The notes under the pieces are model-generated. The model did no database searches and was not told where the DNA came from. It saw only the letters and a program-made list of their open reading frames with translations. A program made the translations under genes and the position numbers. Shown piece after piece: positions 36,875-40,898 of a DNA stretch of 40,898 nt. Source of the DNA: Octopus bimaculoides (taxonomy: Eukaryota); assembly GCF_001194135.2 (NCBI RefSeq), contig NC_068990.1, positions 18,395,228 through 18,436,125 on the forward strand. The letters are read 5' to 3'. The first letter of the stretch is position 1; every line of letters starts with the position of its first letter.

Positions 36875-37186
36875 TCTTATCTTCATTGATATTTTGCAAT
36901 TTAAAATGTAACAAATCTTTTCAGGGCAAATATTGACAAAGATCCATTCCCATCCTAATGGATGGAGTGTTGCTTACCAATTGAAATAGCAGAGTGTGTT
37001 TGTGTGTTTGTTTGTGTCAACGCGCTGACATAAACAAACACACAATCGCATGCTGCAATCTCAGTTGGTAAGCGACTCTCCATCCATTAGGAGGGGAATG
37101 GATTCTTATCAATGTTTGCGCTGAAGATTTTTTACATTTTAAGTGCATAATGCAATATTAATTGCAAAACACGAATGAAGGTAAGA
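36875..37186. mobile_element. Foldback of about 310 bp (MITE-like)
   Basis: Core arms 36942-37019 and 37026-37103 (78 bp, about 11 mismatches, loop ACGCGC). Pairing continues outward (TTAAAATGTAACAAATC with GATTTTTTACATTTTAA; TCTTCATT with AATGAAGG) across an indel of about 17 nt. Confidence 0.85.
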
Positions 37187-37206
37187 TGATATGATATGAA
37201 ATTAAC

Positions 37207-37240
<34 letters not shown>

Positions 37241-37920
37241 NNNNNNNNNNNNNNNNNNNNNNNNNNNNNNNNNNNNNNNNNNNNNNNNNNNNNNNNNNNN
37301 NNNNNNNNNNNNNNNNNNNNNNNNNNNNNNNNNNNNNNNNNNNNNNNNNNNNNNNNNNNNNNNNNNNNNNNNNNNNNNNNNNNNNNNNNNNNNNNNNNNN
37401 NNNNNNNNNNNNNNNNNNNNNNNNNNNNNNNNNNNNNNNNNNNNNNNNNNNNNNNNNNNNNNNNNNNNNNNNNNNNNNNNNNNNNNNNNNNNNNNNNNNN
37501 NNNNNNNNNNNNNNNNNNNNNNNNNNNNNNNNNNNNNNNNNNNNNNNNNNNNNNNNNNNNNNNNNNNNNNNNNNNNNNNNNNNNNNNNNNNNNNNNNNNN
37601 NNNNNNNNNNNNNNNNNNNNNNNNNNNNNNNNNNNNNNNNNNNNNNNNNNNNNNNNNNNNNNNNNNNNNNNNNNNNNNNNNNNNNNNNNNNNNNNNNNNN
37701 NNNNNNNNNNNNNNNNNNNNNNNNNNNNNNNNNNNNNNNNNNNNNNNNNNNNNNNNNNNNNNNNNNNNNNNNNNNNNNNNNNNNNNNNNNNNNNNNNNNN
37801 NNNNNNNNNNNNNNNNNNNNNNNNNNNNNNNNNNNNNNNNNNNNNNNNNNNNNNNNNNNNNNNNNNNNNNNNNNNNNNNNNNNNNNNNNNNNNNNNNNNN
37901 NNNNNNNNNNNNNNNNNNNN
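37241..37920. other. Assembly gap (680 N)
   Basis: N run inside (AT)n. Confidence 1.
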
Positions 37921-38772
37921 ATATATATACATATATATATATAGGATTACATACTTAAATATTTATTTTCTTTACGTTTTCAACTATTTCAAATAGAGTT
38001 TTAAATTTTATCAACGCAACAAAAAAATTTTAATTACCGTCTTATTTTAAAATCCACTCTTCAAAAATAGATTGATGTTGCTATACAGATGCACATACTG
38101 GGACATAGATAGGTGTATAAACTTGCACATGAATTGCAAGACAGATACATCAAGGGTCGTAGATTAGTAGTCTCAGAGGTGTCCCCCTTGTAACAGTAAT
38201 GTACCGTTAAAAAATATGAAGTGGACTGTAAATAAAAGTACATTACTGACGCACTGCAAGTGTATTAGTGCGTATTATGAAATTCTTAACGTTATATCCG
38301 ATTAAAGTGCATATGGATATGTGGCGGATGAAACTTTGTAGTGGCTATTTCTCATCAGATTGGTTTCGCATAAAGTTTTTGTGTATTCGAAAAATGAAGT
38401 TTAAAATTAATATGAGTAGAATGAGTTGGTTTTCAGCAATTTTTCCTTGTTAGAGTAACCTTGTCAGCTAAAATATACGAAGACGATTATTTTCAAAAAT
38501 TCAATTACTGTTCCATAGTTTTTGTGTAACTACTTGGCAGTCTATCTGAATGTGTATCACTTAATCTATATCCCAGTATGTACCTATGTTTGTTTATTTA
38601 TTTGTTAATATTTGTTATATCTATCTCCGTTTTTAGACGGGGCTTGAAAAACTTCTATTTTTTTTTAATTGTTCGAGATATTAGACTGCTGCCATTCTGG
38701 GGTTCTACCTCGATGAGTTTGTTCGAAATAAATCGACTTATCACTTATTTCGTCGTGTGATGAAGCGGTGGT

Positions 38773-38781
38773 ACACACACA

Positions 38782-38845
<64 letters not shown>
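38773..38845. repeat. (CA)n microsatellite
   Basis: Direct reading. Confidence 0.97.
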
Positions 38846-38849
<4 letters not shown>

Positions 38850-39003
38850 AGACAGTTTGTCAGTTGTCTTTCGAGAAGGTAATGTTTAAACAAGAGACAC
38901 TTGTAAAGTAGACAAAAAGATAACCACAAGGGAGATGACGAACGAAGCGCTAGTTCGGAGTCAAGCAGACGTTAATGGTTTACTAAGTGTCCAGTGGTCT
39001 ACT

Positions 39004-39670
39004 TTAAAATTCTGACAAAATGTATTTCTTGAAATGCGGATGTACAGAAAATACCTCGGTCCTCAAACTTCTGTATTCGTTGGATGTTCTTAGGTTTTTT
39101 GATACAGCTTTTCAAGGGGACACTGAACATTTTAAGACCCGTTAATTTAGGGTCTGTATGTAGAGAGGATTTTCTATTCGATATTGAATGTAATCCCTTC
39201 GTCTTTAAGTTTCCAGATTAAAGTAGAGAGGGCTGTTGAATGTCTCTTATCACGGAACCTAAAATTTGAAAGATGGTTGTTATATCTAGATTTAAATTTT
39301 CCTTCCTCGATATACGTTTGATATCTCTATGACAATTGTCATAGTTTGCTGAAACCTGTGCTTCAAAATCAACGGAAGATATATCACACTCTTGTCCTAG
39401 AGGACATTTAGATTTGTTTCTACATGTGCATCTAGGACAAGTTTAAGACATCCGTTGCTTTTTGATATACGACTTAACATTTGGAGGACAAGAAAGTGTA
39501 ACTTTTATTGCGTGCTTATTGAAGATTTTATTGTATCTATGGATTCGAGGGAAGTGGATATCCAAGTGCAAGAATCTTTTACCTACATTTGTCCTAACAG
39601 TAAGAGAGAAATGGTGGTTGTGGTGAAACTTAAAACTTTCTGAGACATGTACTTAGGACTAGATGAGAAA
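39004..39670 (-). pseudogene. Penelope-like element: linker, Cys cluster and GIY-YIG endonuclease (inactive)
   Basis: Minus strand reads FSLTVRTNVGKRFLHLDIHFPRIHRYNKIFNKHAIKVTLSCPPNVK...CTCRNKSKCPLGQEC..SVDFEAQV, then after a frameshift YIEEGKFKSRYNNHLSNFR...TALSTLIWKLKDEG...CPLEK...TEVFSVHPHFKKYILSEF*, with stop at 39004-39006. Confidence 0.9.
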
Positions 39671-39859
39671 GGGGGTGAAGTATTGTAAAAGATCTTATCA
39701 GTATTCTTGCATTTAGTGTTCACGAAATTAAAATTCTATGTTGTGTTGATTAAATTTAAAATCGCAAACTAATATTGAAAATAGCTGAAATTTAATTGAA
39801 TATGCATTTAATCGTTTAATAATTATATGTCTGAAAAATCCTTCCTTATACTACTCTGA

Positions 39860-40090
39860 AACTCGTCATTCTTCTATAAAATACCACAATAACAATATTA
39901 ACATGTTGTAGAATTTCTTTCATGATGTTGCTTCTATAGTATCTCAGTTGACACATCTGACCTAGACACAGCGGAAAACTACCAATTCCTAATGGACACA
40001 GTCGAAAAGTACATTCTTTAAATTTTATTCCTGATAGATTGTGAACTAATATGATTAAAATAAGTATAATACGATAAGACGCATTGTTAA
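39860..40090 (-). pseudogene. Second, more decayed PLE Cys cluster / GIY-YIG remnant
   Basis: Reads ASY...II.VHN...ECTFRLCPLG, then in another frame VVFRC...TIEATS*KKFYN. The motif order matches 39004-39670. Confidence 0.45.
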
Positions 40091-40373
40091 TAGGATAAAT
40101 TAAATAATTAAGAACAGACATTTTTTTAATGTTTTCTTTGTTGCTGATAACAGAGAGTTTGTTTTGCGATAATATTCTGTTCGAATTTTGTTGAATGATC
40201 TCCAAGCTGCACTGCTATCGTTTCAGCCAGAGTTCTTTGAGTTGCGTTTATTTATACTTACAAGATAGGGGGATGGAAAAGAGACGGTGAATTCGGAGTT
40301 TCGATTTGCACAGCATCATCAGAATCTCTGATGTGGGTGAGCAATCCGACTTTTTTTTGGTTCCAATAAGGAT

Positions 40374-40630
40374 TCACTCACTCACTCACTCACTCACTCA
40401 CTCACTCACTCAACCACTCACTCAACCACTCACTCAACCACTCACTCACTCAACCACTCACTCAACCACTCACTCACTCAGCCGCTCAGCCACTCACTCA
40501 CTCACACACTCACTCACTCACTGTCTCTCTCTCTCTCACACACACACATTCACACACACAAACACACGCACGCACACACCTACACACAAGCACACACGCA
40601 GCCACATACGCGCACACACACGCACACAAA
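40374..40630. repeat. (ACTC)n array with CAAC variants, then (CT)/(AC) repeats
   Basis: Direct reading. Confidence 0.95.
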
Positions 40631-40898
40631 CATACGTACATATATATGTATATTTACTTATGTATATATTTGTATTTATGCATGTATGTATATAGTTCTC
40701 AGTAAGTATATACATACCTGGTGATCCGTTCCGGTTAAGCATTCAAATGCACTTGGAACATCTAATGCAGGGCTACAAACAGCCATAGGAATTTATGTTT
40801 GTCGTAATTATTGATGTGTGTGTGTGTGTATATATGCACATATATTTATTTTATGTATGTGAATATAATATATATATATATATCTATATATATATATA

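Noticed and set aside
38710-38734. TCGATGAG-TTTGTT-CGAAA hammerhead-like string
   Set aside because: First two core bases are swapped and helices I and III cannot be formed.

Overview
AT-rich, microsatellite-dense eukaryotic non-coding DNA with nine assembly gaps (about 3.6 kb of N), most flanked by AT-rich simple repeats. The repeat families resemble those I recall from octopus genomes; this organism call is an inference, not a search result. I find no supportable host-gene exon, rRNA, true tRNA or CRISPR array, and almost all ORF-track entries are microsatellite or N-run artefacts. The interpretable content is a set of mobile-element fossils: two R4/Dong-type REL retrotransposon fragments (endonuclease end 1979-2647, RT piece 9455-9710); a Tx1/L1-type RT piece (28425-29200); a CR1/L2-type RT piece (24278-24536); an RTE-type 3' end (31065-31450); several Penelope-like (PLE) pieces (GIY-YIG remnants near 5.6, 39.0-39.7 and 39.9-40.1 kb, pseudo-LTR-like pieces at 6.6-7.6 and 34.2-34.4 kb); a DD41D Tc1/mariner transposase; a mariner 5' end; a Tc2-like end; and about nine tRNA-derived SINE copies or fragments. 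The most interesting signals are hammerhead-ribozyme-like motifs (best at 35180-35253 and 34278-34314), a 745-bp-period tandem unit carrying split hammerhead boxes, an R4 element sitting inside a tetranucleotide microsatellite, and three unrelated foldbacks of about 300 bp. None amounts to a demonstrably new system. All family assignments come from hand translation and remembered motifs and need HMM, Dfam or Infernal confirmation.
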